DNA of 64,000 nt from Haliangium sp. (GTDB taxonomy: Bacteria; Myxococcota_A; Polyangia; Haliangiales; Haliangiaceae). The stretch lies in NCBI RefSeq assembly GCF_050304635.1, contig NZ_JBNLDX010000012.1; one strand, 5' to 3'. A program made the position numbers and the translations under genes. Each line of letters begins with the position of its first letter. The stretch's first letter is position 1. Below the pieces are notes generated by a model that was given only the letters and a program-made list of their open reading frames with translations, was not told the origin of the DNA and ran no database searches. Of this stretch, positions 1 through 15,345 are shown one piece after another.

Positions 1-796
1 TCGGACCGATCCGCCATCCATGCGCCCAGGGCCGATACTCCCCCGTGAACCGAGCCTCCCAGCCCGCCCCGATCAAGTGCCACTCTCCCACGATCCCCGG
101 GTCATGCGACGCCAAGTGATTGACCGACACCATCGCGCCCGTGTCGAGCCCGATATGAAGACACAGCGAGTGCGCCGGCCGCCCCATCATTACGGCCTCG
201 ACCCAGGCCGGCCGTCCTCGCATCAGCCAGAACGCCGCGTCCAGCACGTGGGACGCCCCGCCGAAATCCCCCGAAACCCCCATCAGCGGCCCCTCCTGCG
301 CCCGCCCCTCGGCGGCCGCGAAGCTCGACCGCAGCGTCACCGTCAGCCACTCTCCCGGGCCCCGCCCGGGCGCCCCCAGCCATTCATCCAGCGCGACCAC
401 CGGCGGGCTCATCCGATAGGGAAAGCTCACCGCGCACACCCGCCCCCGGGCCTCGAACCCCTGCGCCAGCGCCGCCAGCGCGCGCGCGTCGTCGGCCGTG
501 CGTGTGATTGGCTTCTCGCTCAGCACGTGACACCCCGCCGTCAGCGCGGCCTCGATGTGCTCCCGGTGCAGCCCATCCGGCCCTGACACCACCGCGATAT
601 CCACCGCCGCGCACAGCTCCTCCACCCGCGTCGTCGCCAGCGCGATGTCCTCGTCGCGCGCGATCCCGGCGGTCTTGTCCCGATCGCGCCCACAGATCCC
701 CGCGACCAGGGCCCCCGCCGCGCGGAACCCCCCGATGTGCATCCGGCCCCAGTTGGTGCCGATCACGCCCACCCGCGGTCCACTCATATCCGTCAT
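1..796 (-). CDS. Gfo/Idh/MocA family oxidoreductase (C-terminally truncated by window edge)
   Basis: Manual reverse-strand translation from the ATG at 796 gives MTDMSGPRVGVIGTNWGRMHIGGFRAAGALVAGICGRDRDKTAGIAR...AAVDIAVVSGPDGLHREHIEAALTAGCHVLSEKP. This is the N-terminal NAD-binding Rossmann fold (GxGxxG-type) typical of Gfo/Idh/MocA. The ORF runs off the window start, so it is absent from the ORF track. Its start overlaps the upstream gene stop (ATGA). Confidence 0.65.
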   Translation of the reverse strand, partial: MTDMSGPRVGVIGTNWGRMHIGGFRAAGALVAGICGRDRDKTAGIARDEDIALATTRVEELCAAVDIAVVSGPDGLHREHIEAALTAGCHVLSEKPITRTADDARALAALAQGFEARGRVCAVSFPYRMSPPVVALDEWLGAPGRGPGEWLTVTLRSSFAAAEGRAQEGPLMGVSGDFGGASHVLDAAFWLMRGRPAWVEAVMMGRPAHSLCLHIGLDTGAMVSVNHLASHDPGIVGEWHLIGAGWEARFTGEYRPWAHGWRIGP

Positions 797-1848
797 GTCT
801 CATCTGCTCCCGAAATCGCACCCCGCCCCTCATCGGGCGAGCCTGACCCCGCGACCACCGGCGAGATCAGCCGGACCTCGTTTGCGTACCAGACCTGCCC
901 CCCGGCCAGCATCACCCGCAGACCCGTACGCATCACCACCGCCACCTGCCGAACCATCCACAGCGCCACCACCGCGCTCAGCCCCGCGCCCACCAGCCCT
1001 GCCAGCGCCGTGACCACCAAGAACCCAAGCCCAAACCCAGACAGGTGCACCAGCGGCCGCCAGTCCCGCGTCACCGCCCCGTAGCCACGCAGCAGCGCCC
1101 GCCGCGCCGCCAGCCGTGCCCCCGGCTCGGCCAGCGCGCGCGCCGTCAGCTCCACCCGGGCGTAATCCACCGCGGCCCAGGTCACCGCCACCAGCGCCAG
1201 CGCCGGGACCAGCCCGGCGCCGCCCCAGCCCACCAGCGCGACCATCTCGACCGCGAGCTCCGCCCGATCACGGATCGCGTACAGCCCGACCCCGGCGACC
1301 ACCCCCGCCAGCCCCAGCGGGATCAACGACCACAGCGCCAAGCGCAGATAGGCAGTGAAGGACACCGCCCCGCCCGCGCCGAACTCCCGAGCCAGCGCGC
1401 GCTGGCGCAGCCGACGCTCGGCCACCGACTCCCGACCCGGCCCGGACGCTCGGTCGACATCTCGGTCGCCCGACCCGGACACCCGGTCACCCACCCGACG
1501 CCCAAGAACATCCCCCAGCAGCACCGCGTTCAGCCCCCCGAGCAAGAACCACGACCACACCGCGTACACCGCGACCGCCCCGACCCCGACCCCCAGCGCC
1601 GCCGCGAACAGCTCTGGGGTCTCGGCCACGACCTGGACCAGACTCACCACGTCGCCGGCCACCGCCCGGTCGAGCAAAGGGCTTCGCGCCCACCCTGCGG
1701 CCACGATCCAGCTCATCATCAGCGCCGCGCCCGCGCCCCACACCACCTGCACCGCGCCCAACCCCAGCACCAGCCCCCAGCGGCGCCGGGCCGCGGCCCA
1801 TCCGGCCCCGATCATGCCCCCCAGCGTGGCGCGTCCGGCGGTCATGGT
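793..1848 (-). CDS. Polytopic integral membrane protein, function unknown
   Basis: ORF 793..2025(-) trimmed to the internal Met (MTAGRATLGGMIG...) at 1848, immediately after the aminopeptidase stop at 1842 (ATGA overlap). It has multiple hydrophobic segments (LVLGLGAVQVVWGAGAALMM, LGVGVGAVAVYAVWSWFLLGGL, LIPLGLAGVVAGVGLYAI). It sits between and is translationally coupled to two recognisable genes. Confidence 0.5.
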   Translation of the reverse strand, partial: TMTAGRATLGGMIGAGWAAARRRWGLVLGLGAVQVVWGAGAALMMSWIVAAGWARSPLLDRAVAGDVVSLVQVVAETPELFAAALGVGVGAVAVYAVWSWFLLGGLNAVLLGDVLGRRVGDRVSGSGDRDVDRASGPGRESVAERRLRQRALAREFGAGGAVSFTAYLRLALWSLIPLGLAGVVAGVGLYAIRDRAELAVEMVALVGWGGAGLVPALALVAVTWAAVDYARVELTARALAEPGARLAARRALLRGYGAVTRDWRPLVHLSGFGLGFLVVTALAGLVGAGLSAVVALWMVRQVAVVMRTGLRVMLAGGQVWYANEVRLISPVVAGSGSPDEGRGAISGADET

Positions 1849-3848
1849 CCCAGCACCTGCATCAGCGTTTGCGCCCAGTACCCCAGCCGTGCCCCCACCC
1901 GCCAAGACGCGCTGCCGTCGCCGACCCGACGCCAGGTACCGCGCCGCGACCCATCGTACAGCAACACCTGCCGGTCCGGGTCCACGACCACCTGCGCGAC
2001 CCGGGCGCTGTGCGCGATCCGCCACCGCTGCCAGCGCTGGTGCCCGGCCGTGTCCCAGCGCTCGCGCAGGCGCGCGCCGTCATCGAACTCGATCTCGACC
2101 TCCACCGGCACCGACACCGCGCCGGTATTCACCACCAGCACCTCGCACACCCAGTCGTCCCGGTCCGGGGCCTGCTCCCGCGACACCACCCGGCGCTCAC
2201 CGTCCCCGTCGTCACGCGGGAACGCCCCGCGCAGCTCGTGCCCGGCGCGGCAGTTGACCTCACGGACCGCGAACGCCGCGTCCCCGACCTGGCGGAAGGC
2301 CGGGTCCAGGAACCAGTCGAGCTCTTGCCCCAGCGCCTGTTCCAGCGCGGCAAAGAACTCCTCGCCGGTGGGGTGTCGGAACCCGTAGCGCTGAGCGTAG
2401 GCGCGCATGGCGGCCCGGAACGGCTCACGCCCCACGGTCCGTTCGAGCGTGGCCAGCGCGGCCGCGGTCTTGCGGTAGGTCGCGGCCCCGTAGGCGCCGA
2501 AATCGGGGAATTCGTACGAGCGGGTCGCGATCGGCACCGGCAGGTGTGCAAAGCCACCCGCCCCGGCGCTGGACAGCTCGGCCCAGCGCGCGTGCAGCCC
2601 GTTCCAGTCGATGCCGCTGGTGCGCTCGCCGAAAAGCTCGTCCATGACCACCGCGTCGGCGTAGTCGTTGACGCCCTCGTCGAGCCAGGCCTCTTCGACC
2701 TCGTTCGAGGCCAGGATCCCCTGGAACCAGTTGTGCCCCACCTCGTGCACGGTGATGAACTCGGGCAGGCGAACGCCCGGGCGCATCAGCGGCATGTCCC
2801 CGGCCGTGGTCACCAGGGTCGGGTACTCCATGCCACCGGCGCCCGCGGTCGCGTCCGGGGGCGGGTCGATGATGCTCATGATCGGCCACGGGTAGGGCAC
2901 GAGCCAGCGGCTGAGCACCTCGATGGTGCCGATCCCGGCCTGCAGGTGGCGGCGCGCGAAGGCCTCCTGGCCGGGCCGGTGATAGACCCGGACCTCGACC
3001 TGGCCCAGCTCGGTCTCGGCCTGGCCGCGCACGACCTGCATGAACGGGTCGGCCATCCAGGCGAAGTCGTGCACGTCTTCGGCCCGGTAGCGCAGGGTGC
3101 GGGTGCCATCGCCGTGGTCCTCGGCCGCCTGCAGCACCCCGGTGGCCGCGACCACGAGCGTGTCGGGCACGGTGAGGGCGACGTCGTAGGTGCCGAAATC
3201 GGCGAAGAACTCGCTCATCAGGTGGAACGGCTCGCAGCGCCAGCGCTCGGTCCCGGGCGGGCCCGTGAGCACGCCGATCTTGGGGAACCACTGCCCGGCC
3301 ATCAGGAACCAGCCCTTGTGCCCCGTGCGCGCGAACACCTCCGGGAACTGGACCCGAAAGTCCATCTCGACCTCGATCTGGGCGCCCGGGGCCACCGGCT
3401 CGGGCAGCACCAGCTCGACCACGGTGCGGTCGGGGCCGGGCGTGCGCAGCGCGGCGCTCAGGTCGCGGCCGGCCACGGCCACCCGGTCCACGTCGATCCA
3501 GCCCCAGCCGGTGTCCGAGGCCCGGGCCCGGCGGTGTTGGCCCTGGGCCTCGCGCATGAACACCGTGGCCTCGCTCTCGAAGGCGTTCATGTACAGGTGA
3601 AAGGGCAGGCGCTCGACCGGGCGCTGAGACGAGTTGGTCCAGGTCAACGTCTGGCGGGCGTCGACCTGCCAGGTGTCGACGTCGAGGCGGGCGTCGATGC
3701 GGTAGTTGGCCAGGCGCGGTGAGCGCGGCACCCCGTCCAGCAGCGGCGGGCGCAGGTCGGGCGCCGGCAGCGGGGTTGTTTCGGGCTCCGGCGCCGAGCC
3801 GCACGCGCTCGCGAGCACGCACGGGAGCAGCCAACTGCAGACGCGCAT
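1842..3848 (-). CDS. M1-family zinc aminopeptidase, lipoprotein
   Basis: 668 aa. N-terminal lipoprotein signal MRVCSWLLPCVLASAC. HEXXH-18-E zincin motif HEVGHNWFQGILASNEVEEAWLDEG and the M1-type overall layout. Confidence 0.85.
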   Translation of the reverse strand: MRVCSWLLPCVLASACGSAPEPETTPLPAPDLRPPLLDGVPRSPRLANYRIDARLDVDTWQVDARQTLTWTNSSQRPVERLPFHLYMNAFESEATVFMREAQGQHRRARASDTGWGWIDVDRVAVAGRDLSAALRTPGPDRTVVELVLPEPVAPGAQIEVEMDFRVQFPEVFARTGHKGWFLMAGQWFPKIGVLTGPPGTERWRCEPFHLMSEFFADFGTYDVALTVPDTLVVAATGVLQAAEDHGDGTRTLRYRAEDVHDFAWMADPFMQVVRGQAETELGQVEVRVYHRPGQEAFARRHLQAGIGTIEVLSRWLVPYPWPIMSIIDPPPDATAGAGGMEYPTLVTTAGDMPLMRPGVRLPEFITVHEVGHNWFQGILASNEVEEAWLDEGVNDYADAVVMDELFGERTSGIDWNGLHARWAELSSAGAGGFAHLPVPIATRSYEFPDFGAYGAATYRKTAAALATLERTVGREPFRAAMRAYAQRYGFRHPTGEEFFAALEQALGQELDWFLDPAFRQVGDAAFAVREVNCRAGHELRGAFPRDDGDGERRVVSREQAPDRDDWVCEVLVVNTGAVSVPVEVEIEFDDGARLRERWDTAGHQRWQRWRIAHSARVAQVVVDPDRQVLLYDGSRRGTWRRVGDGSASWRVGARLGYWAQTLMQVLGP

Positions 3849-3968
3849 GAGCGCGCATAGTACACGAGCCCGGGGTCGGCTCGCCTCACAAGCTGCTCGT
3901 CGGCTCGGGCGACCGTGCCGACCGTGCCGGTCGGGCGACCGCGGCGGTCGGGCGACCGCGGTGACGGC

Positions 3969-5051
<1,083 letters not shown>

Positions 5052-5244
5052 TCGATCGGATCGGATTCAAGCCGAAATTGGCCACGATCACGCGAAATGG
5101 GCCCCGGTACGACCGACTTCGGCGTCCGCTGTCCAATCCGGAGCGTGCGATATTGGAACCAAAGCTGCTCGGGTCTGCTCCGCGCAAAGAGATCGCAACA
5201 AAGAGTGCGCAAGTGCCGACTTTGACGTACCTTGGTGGCCCTCG

Positions 5245-5736
5245 ATGGCCGAGCTGCGCGATCACCTGTGCTCGACTCCGGAGGCCACGGCGGAACTCGC
5301 CGGGCGCTTGGCCGAGCTGCTGCAGCCCGGCGACCTCATCGGCTTGATCGGCGAGCTGGGCGCGGGCAAGACGCTGCTGGTCCAGGCCCTGGCCCGCGGC
5401 CTGCGGATCCCGCCCGAGGTTCGAGTGACGAGCCCGACCTTCACCCTGATCAACGAGTACCACGGCGGCGCCGTGTCGCTGTATCACGTCGACCTGTACC
5501 GCATCGATCGCGCGCGCGATCTCGACGAGCTCGGCCTCGACGAGATCTGCCGCCGCGCCGACGGCGTTGTGTGCGTCGAGTGGTGCGATCGCTATCCGGT
5601 GCTGGGCCGCGACTTTCTCGAGATCCGGCTCGATATCGCGGGTGCGCACGCGCGTCGGGTCTCGGCGATCGGACACGGCCGGCGCGGAGGTGTGCTGGCC
5701 ACGGCCTGGGCGGATGCTGTGAGCAGCTCGACCTGA
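5245..5736 (+). CDS. tsaE: tRNA threonylcarbamoyladenosine biosynthesis ATPase TsaE
   Basis: ORF 5044..5736 trimmed to Met at 5245 (MAELRDHL...). P-loop GELGAGKT, SPTFTLINEY and LYHVDLYRI motifs are characteristic of TsaE/YjeE. Confidence 0.85.
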   Translation: MAELRDHLCSTPEATAELAGRLAELLQPGDLIGLIGELGAGKTLLVQALARGLRIPPEVRVTSPTFTLINEYHGGAVSLYHVDLYRIDRARDLDELGLDEICRRADGVVCVEWCDRYPVLGRDFLEIRLDIAGAHARRVSAIGHGRRGGVLATAWADAVSSST

Positions 5737-5830
5737 CCGAACCGCAGGTGTCGGGTGCCGTACTTGCCAACGTTGTGGGCAGTGTCTGGTGAGCAGCTCG
5801 ACCTGACCGAACCGCAGGTGTCGGGGCGCG
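5719..5830. repeat. About 1.6 copies of a 70-bp tandem duplication spanning the tsaE stop codon
   Basis: gtgagcagctcgacctgaccgaaccgcaggtgtcggg occurs at 5719-5755 and again at 5789-5825 (37/37 identical). The flanks diverge afterwards. Confidence 0.6.
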
Positions 5831-5839
5831 CTGCGTCAT

Positions 5840-6035
5840 GTGTCGGCTTCGCGTTAGCTGGTAAGTCGAATTACTGAATTTAGGTCGATCCTAGCGCCAT
5901 CCACCGCATTTTCGGCGGTCTGTCACCTATTCACTTGGGTGCAAGGACTTGGCAACGTGGCCCAAATCTGGGATAGGGTAGGCCGCATCGCGTCGCAGTC
6001 CCCAATGCATCAGACGAACTGGGAGTAGCAAAACT
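5840..6035 (+). promoter_or_regulatory. Low-GC intergenic leader and putative promoter upstream of the SusC-like receptor
   Basis: About 50% GC stretch in a 70% GC background, directly 5' of the ATG at 6036. AAACTATG start context. No motif assigned. Confidence 0.3.
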
Positions 6036-8966
<2,931 letters not shown>

Positions 8967-8987
8967 GACCTGAGGAGGCTTATCATC

Positions 8988-10301
<1,314 letters not shown>

Positions 10302-10419
10302 CCGCCGGTCGTCCCCAACCGCGGACAGAGCCCGGCCCTCGCCGGGCTCTTTTGCATTTCGGGGAAGCAGACGGCCGCGGTCGTGGACGAGGCCCCGACC
10401 GAGGGCCTACGCTCGGGCC

Positions 10420-11694
10420 ATGTCTGCGCGCGTCCACCTCGATTTACGTGTGCGCGGCGGGTCGGACTCGGCCACCGTCGCGATCAACGAGCGCAGCCAC
10501 GAGCTGTCTCGGCAGGGCCGGCAGGTGTTCAAGCTCGGGTTTGGGCAGTCGCCCTTCCCGGTGCCGGAGCCGGTGGTGCAGGCGCTGCGCGACAACGCCC
10601 ACCGCAAGGACTACCTGCCCGTGCGCGGGTTGGCCGAGCTGCGCGCGGCCGTGGCCGAGTTTCACGACCGCCGCGACGGGCTCGGGCGCTCGGCCGCGCA
10701 GGTGCTCATCGGGCCCGGCTCCAAGGAGCTGATGTTCCTGCTCCAGCTCGTGTGCTACGGCGACCTGCTGTTGCCCTCGCCGGCGTGGGTGTCGTACGCG
10801 CCTCAGGCGCGTATCCTCGGCCGCGCGGTCGACATGGTCGACACCCACCCCGAGGACGGCTGGCGGCTGCGCCCCGAGGCCCTCGACGCCGCCTGCCGCG
10901 CCGACCCCGACCGGCCCCGGCTCTTGATCCTGAACTACCCGTCCAACCCGGTCGGTACCACCCTCGACGCCGACGAGTTGGCAGCCCTGGCCGAGGTGGC
11001 GCGCCGCTACCGCCTGTTGGTGCTCTCGGACGAGATCTACGGCGAGCTGCACCACCGGGGTGAGCATGTGTCCATGGCCCGCTTCTACCCCGAGGGGACG
11101 ATCGTGTCGTCGGGGCTGAGCAAGTGGTGCGGGGCCGGGGGCTGGCGTCTGGGCACCTTCTTGTTCCCGCCCGGGCTGGACCGGCTGGTCGACGCCATGT
11201 CGTTCGCGGCCAGCGAGACCTTCACCACCGCCAGCGCGCCGATTCAGTACGCCGCGGTGCGGGCCTTCGCGGGCGGGGCCGAGCTGGACGGATACCTCGA
11301 CGCCTCGCGCCGGCTGTTGGGCGCGCTGGGGCAGTGGGTGGCCGCGTGCTTGGGCGCCGCCGGGGCGGGCTGCGCGGCGCCCGAGGGTGGGTTTTATCTG
11401 TTCCCGGACTTCGAGCCCCAGCGCGAGCGCCTGGCCGCGCGCGGGATCCACGGCAGCCAGGAGCTGTGCCGGCGCCTGCTCGAGGACACCGGGGTGGCCG
11501 TGCTCGCCGGCCAGGAGTTCGGACGACCGGCCGCAGAACTGAGCTTCCGCCTGGCCTACGTCGACTTCGACGGCGAGGCCGCGCTGGCCGCGCTGACGCC
11601 GGACACGAGTCCCGATGAGGCCTTCCTGCGGGCCCACTGCAACCGGGTGTGCGAGGCCGCCGAGCGGCTCGGTGGGTGGTTGGCCGACGCCTGA
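10420..11694 (+). CDS. Class I/II (aspartate-aminotransferase-like) PLP-dependent aminotransferase
   Basis: ORF 10066..11694 trimmed to MSARVHLDL. Motifs [33 protein letters not shown] (PLP Lys), [10 protein letters not shown]. Confidence 0.85.
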   Translation: MSARVHLDLRVRGGSDSATVAINERSHELSRQGRQVFKLGFGQSPFPVPEPVVQALRDNAHRKDYLPVRGLAELRAAVAEFHDRRDGLGRSAAQVLIGPGSKELMFLLQLVCYGDLLLPSPAWVSYAPQARILGRAVDMVDTHPEDGWRLRPEALDAACRADPDRPRLLILNYPSNPVGTTLDADELAALAEVARRYRLLVLSDEIYGELHHRGEHVSMARFYPEGTIVSSGLSKWCGAGGWRLGTFLFPPGLDRLVDAMSFAASETFTTASAPIQYAAVRAFAGGAELDGYLDASRRLLGALGQWVAACLGAAGAGCAAPEGGFYLFPDFEPQRERLAARGIHGSQELCRRLLEDTGVAVLAGQEFGRPAAELSFRLAYVDFDGEAALAALTPDTSPDEAFLRAHCNRVCEAAERLGGWLADA

Positions 11695-11709
11695 CCCGAG
11701 CGCGCTGGT

Positions 11710-13152
11710 TCAGGCCGGGCGCCGGCCCGGGCCCACACGCGCCACCGGCAGACGCGAGCGGGTGCGCGCCACCAGCATCAAGGTGACCAGCGCGACCGCG
11801 AGCTCCAGGGCCCACAGCAGCCCGCCGGCCATGCTGGGAAGGTGCCCGCCGAGCGCGTCCACGGCCCACGCTGCGGCGTCGGCGAGCCCCATGAGCGCGC
11901 ACCAACTCGCCCACCGCGGTCCCCGTGGTCGGGCACCCACCAGCGCGGCCCCGGCCCACAGCGCGAGCCCGGCGAGCGCGGCCACGCGCCAGGGCACGGC
12001 GTCCATCGCTGCCCACGGCTCCAGCGGGCCATGGGCGGCCGCCGCCGGCAGCCCGGCCAGCCACTGCCCGAGCGCGATCGCGCCCAAACCGAGCAGCACC
12101 CAGCCCAGGGCCTGCAGGCCGCTGTCGGGTCCACAGCCGCCGGCGCCGCCGCTCTCCTCGGCGAGGTAGGCCTCGAAGCGGCGCTCGCTGTACAGTCGCA
12201 GCAGGATGGTCGGCCACGAGCGCAGGGCCATGCCGGCCCCGGCCGTGGTCAGGGCGGCCGCGGCGATGTCGCCGGTGGCGGCCAGAACCGCGATCCCGAG
12301 GATTACGGCGGCCGCGCGCGCGCTCGCCCGCGCCACCGCGCAGTAGCGCACGCCAGGGGCCATTCGGGTGTCGGCGTCGTGGCCGCGGAGGGCGCCGAGC
12401 CCGGCCCGGATGTGGATCACCGACCGGGCCAGGAGCAGGGCGGCCGCGGCGATGCCGGCCCAACGGGCCAGGGCGACGCTGTCGAGCGACCAGGCCCCGG
12501 GGCCGAGCGGCCCTGTGCAGGTCAGGCCGTGCAGCATTGCCATGCCCTGGGGCGCGGCCACGTCCCGGGTGCCGTCACCGAGGGTCAACACCGCCATGAA
12601 CACGGCCGCCCCGGCCGCGCCGACGCCGCCGAGCACGGCCATGAGCACGGCCGCGCCGGCCAAGTCTCGGTCCGCGCTCACCGGGCGGCTCGGCATGAGC
12701 GCGCGCGCGGGTTGCTGCGCGCGCACGCGCGGGAGCGACACATACACCAGCAAGACCGCGGGCCAGGCCATGAGCAGCATCGCCACCCGGGCCAGGGTGG
12801 TGGCGTCGAGGTGCTCGCGCAGCAGCAGCACCATGACCGCGCTGTGACACGCTGCCACCCATACATAGGTGGCGATGGCGCGTCTGGGGCTGGTGTCGGT
12901 CGCGTACAGCACGACGTTGCCGGCGGCGCGCTGGAAGGCCGCCCGGACCCCGTACAGCAGGGCGAAGAAGAACACCACTTGGCTGCCGTGGCCGCCCTGG
13001 GCCGCGGCCGGCACCGCTGCCAGCAGCGCCACGACGATCCCGGTTCCGCCGCCGAGCTGCATCAGCAAGCCCAGGCTGCCGAGACCGAAAGCCGCCGGCT
13101 CGCTCGCGCCGACGGCTGGGCGCTGTCGTGCTTGGCTCGCTGATGGTGTCAT
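11710..13152 (-). CDS. Polytopic membrane protein (possible transporter), function unknown
   Basis: ORF 11710..13176(-) trimmed to Met 13152. About 12 hydrophobic helices. No catalytic motif recognised. Confidence 0.45.
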   Translation of the reverse strand: MTPSASQARQRPAVGASEPAAFGLGSLGLLMQLGGGTGIVVALLAAVPAAAQGGHGSQVVFFFALLYGVRAAFQRAAGNVVLYATDTSPRRAIATYVWVAACHSAVMVLLLREHLDATTLARVAMLLMAWPAVLLVYVSLPRVRAQQPARALMPSRPVSADRDLAGAAVLMAVLGGVGAAGAAVFMAVLTLGDGTRDVAAPQGMAMLHGLTCTGPLGPGAWSLDSVALARWAGIAAAALLLARSVIHIRAGLGALRGHDADTRMAPGVRYCAVARASARAAAVILGIAVLAATGDIAAAALTTAGAGMALRSWPTILLRLYSERRFEAYLAEESGGAGGCGPDSGLQALGWVLLGLGAIALGQWLAGLPAAAAHGPLEPWAAMDAVPWRVAALAGLALWAGAALVGARPRGPRWASWCALMGLADAAAWAVDALGGHLPSMAGGLLWALELAVALVTLMLVARTRSRLPVARVGPGRRPA

Positions 13153-13277
13153 GGCCCGGTGACGATAGCGTAACACGAGGTACCGTGGTTACGAGATCAA
13201 AACCCGCGAAGGCTGTGGCCCATCGCGGCGGGATTCGCTAGCCTCCCGCAATGGCTGTGGAATCAACGCTGACGTCG

Positions 13278-14864
13278 ATGTCTGTTCGGATGCGCGGGCG
13301 CCGCCGCCTGGGCCTGGGCCTGGTGGCCTTGAGCGCGTGTGCGATCGCGTGGGCGTGGACGCCGGCGCCGGCCCAGGCGCGGGAGCCGCGCGTGTTCGAC
13401 CCGGCCCAGACGTATCTCGTCCCGCTCGGAGACGGTCCCCGACGGGGGCCGGACGACGCCCTGGTCACGATCGTCGAGTTTTCGGACTTCATCTGTCCGT
13501 ACTGCGGGCGGGTGCAAGAGACCCTGGCCGACCTCGAGCGGCTGTTTCCGGGCCAGATCCGGCGAGTGTATCGCCACAACCCGCTCGACCTCGACGACGC
13601 CGGTCTGGCCGCGGAGGCGTCCATGGCGGCGGGGGCGCAGGGCGCGTTCTGGCCCATGCACGAGCTGATCTTCGCGGCCGGCGGCCACCCCGGGCGAGCC
13701 CAGGTCGAGGACTTTGCGGCCGCGCTGGGGCTGGATGTGGGTCGGTTTCGGCGCGACCTGGACCAGCACCGACACCGCCCGGCGATCGAGGCCGACGCGG
13801 CGTCGGCCGAGCACCTGGGCGTGTACAGCACGCCCAGCTTCTTCATCAACGGTCGGCCCGTGGTCGGGGCGATGCCGCTGGAGGTGTTCGCGCGCATCGT
13901 CGAGGAGGAGCTGGCGCGGGCGCGGGCCTTGGTGGCCCAGGGCGTGGCCGCGGCCGAGGTCTATGACGCCGTGACCGCGGGTGGGCTGGCGCAGGGGGCT
14001 CGGCCCGAGGACGCGCCGGACGAGTTCGACCCTCGCTACCGCCCGACCGCGCTCGATTCCGCCTCGTTGTACGAAGTCGGTGACGGCTTGCCCGGGCACG
14101 CCCTGGGGCCGGCGGACGCGCCGCTCACGGTGGTGGTGTTTTCGGACTTCGAGTGTCCGTACTGCGCTCGGCTCCACCCGACCTTGCAGGAGCTGCGCGC
14201 GGTCTATGGGGACCGGGTGCGGGTCGTGCTGCGGCACCTGCCGCTGTCGTTCCACCCCCGGGCCCAGCTCGCGGCCGAGGCGGCGGTGGCGGCGGCGGCC
14301 CAGGGGCGACTATGGGCGTTTTACGACCGCGTGTTCGCCGAGCCGGAGGCGCTGTCGCGGGCCGACCTGGAGCGCCACGCCCGCGCCGCGGGCCTGGACA
14401 TGGACCGGTTCCGGGCCGCGCTCGACGACCGGCGCTACTTCGAGCAGGTGGCGGCCGACGCGGCCGCGGGCAAGGCGCTGGGGGTGCGGGGGACGCCGAC
14501 GATGTTCGTCAACGGCACTCCGATCCCGGGCGCGGCACCCTTCGATGTGCTCGATCGGCACGTGTTCCGGCCCAAGATGGCCGAGGCCGAGGCTTTGATC
14601 GCGGCCGGGGTGGCGCCGGCGGCGGTGTATCGCGCGCTGCTCGAACAGGTGGGCGGCGACGACGTCGCGGGGCGGGAGCGGCCCGTGGTCGGGGCCGCGG
14701 TCGGGGCCGCCGCGGGGGATCCGGGCACGGGTCGTGCGGCCCTGCTGCAGGCCTGTCGAGCCCGGGACGACGCCCGCGCGCAGCGGCTGTATCGCCAGAT
14801 GGGCACGCCGGCGCCGCCAGGAGTGCGGGTGCAGTGCAGGCCGTTTGGGGTGGATCTTCCTTGA
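13278..14864 (+). CDS. Secreted DsbA-family thiol:disulfide oxidoreductase with two tandem thioredoxin-fold domains
   Basis: Signal peptide RRRLGLGLVALSACAIAWA. Two CPYC active sites (FSDFICPYCGR and FSDFECPYCAR), each followed by a DsbA-like helical insertion (FWPMHELIF / LWAFYDRVF). Confidence 0.8.
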   Translation: MSVRMRGRRRLGLGLVALSACAIAWAWTPAPAQAREPRVFDPAQTYLVPLGDGPRRGPDDALVTIVEFSDFICPYCGRVQETLADLERLFPGQIRRVYRHNPLDLDDAGLAAEASMAAGAQGAFWPMHELIFAAGGHPGRAQVEDFAAALGLDVGRFRRDLDQHRHRPAIEADAASAEHLGVYSTPSFFINGRPVVGAMPLEVFARIVEEELARARALVAQGVAAAEVYDAVTAGGLAQGARPEDAPDEFDPRYRPTALDSASLYEVGDGLPGHALGPADAPLTVVVFSDFECPYCARLHPTLQELRAVYGDRVRVVLRHLPLSFHPRAQLAAEAAVAAAAQGRLWAFYDRVFAEPEALSRADLERHARAAGLDMDRFRAALDDRRYFEQVAADAAAGKALGVRGTPTMFVNGTPIPGAAPFDVLDRHVFRPKMAEAEALIAAGVAPAAVYRALLEQVGGDDVAGRERPVVGAAVGAAAGDPGTGRAALLQACRARDDARAQRLYRQMGTPAPPGVRVQCRPFGVDLP

Positions 14865-14893
14865 GCGGGCCTTGAGCGGGCCTTGAGCGGGCC
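14861..14893. repeat. Perfect 11-bp x3 tandem repeat (ttgagcgggcc) at the 3' end of the DsbA gene
   Basis: ttgagcgggcc ttgagcgggcc ttgagcgggcc read directly. The first copy overlaps the TGA stop of the DsbA-like gene. Confidence 0.7.
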
Positions 14894-14998
14894 CGAATTG
14901 GTTTGGCCTGAGCTGGTCGGGTCTGTCCTGGTCTGACCTGATCTGGCCTCGGTGGGTCGGCGCGCACTGCGGGCGCACGACTTCCTCGTGTGGACATC

Positions 14999-15045
14999 GA
15001 ACTGCGCGCGAGCGCGGGTGGGAACTGCGCGCGAGCACGGGTGGC
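14999..15045. repeat. Direct repeat gaactgcgcgcgagc(g/a)cgggtgg x2 in the leader of the large sensor gene
   Basis: Two 23-bp copies, 22/23 identical, separated by 1 bp, about 300 bp upstream of the start at 15346. Candidate paired operator sites. Confidence 0.5.
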
Positions 15046-15345
15046 GCGCGCGGTACCGATTTCGGTTGTCGTTTTTGCACGGACGGTCGAGAATGGTTTC
15101 ATCGCGTCCAGATTCCTTGGCGGCGCGCGACCGCGATCCGTACCACCTCGCAGTGATTGACGTGCCTCGCTGGTCACTCGGCTCGTCTCGGCGGACCGTC
15201 TGTCCTGCCATGAGGCGAGCGTACGAGTCTTCACTGGCGGGCGCGGCCATCGCGCTCGTTCGGCGTGGGGACGAGGTCGTCGGCGCGAATACGGTCGCTC
15301 GCGGACGCAGCGAAATGGGTCCACTCAGAGGGAGAACACACTCAT

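Noticed and set aside
20-1084. Plus-strand ORFs 20..586, 508..846, 555..1013, 737..1084
   Set aside because: Pro/Arg-rich translations antisense to the Gfo/Idh/MocA and membrane-protein genes.
14861-14893. Possible CRISPR or minisatellite array
   Set aside because: Only three contiguous 11-bp units with no spacers and no cas genes. It is a simple tandem repeat.
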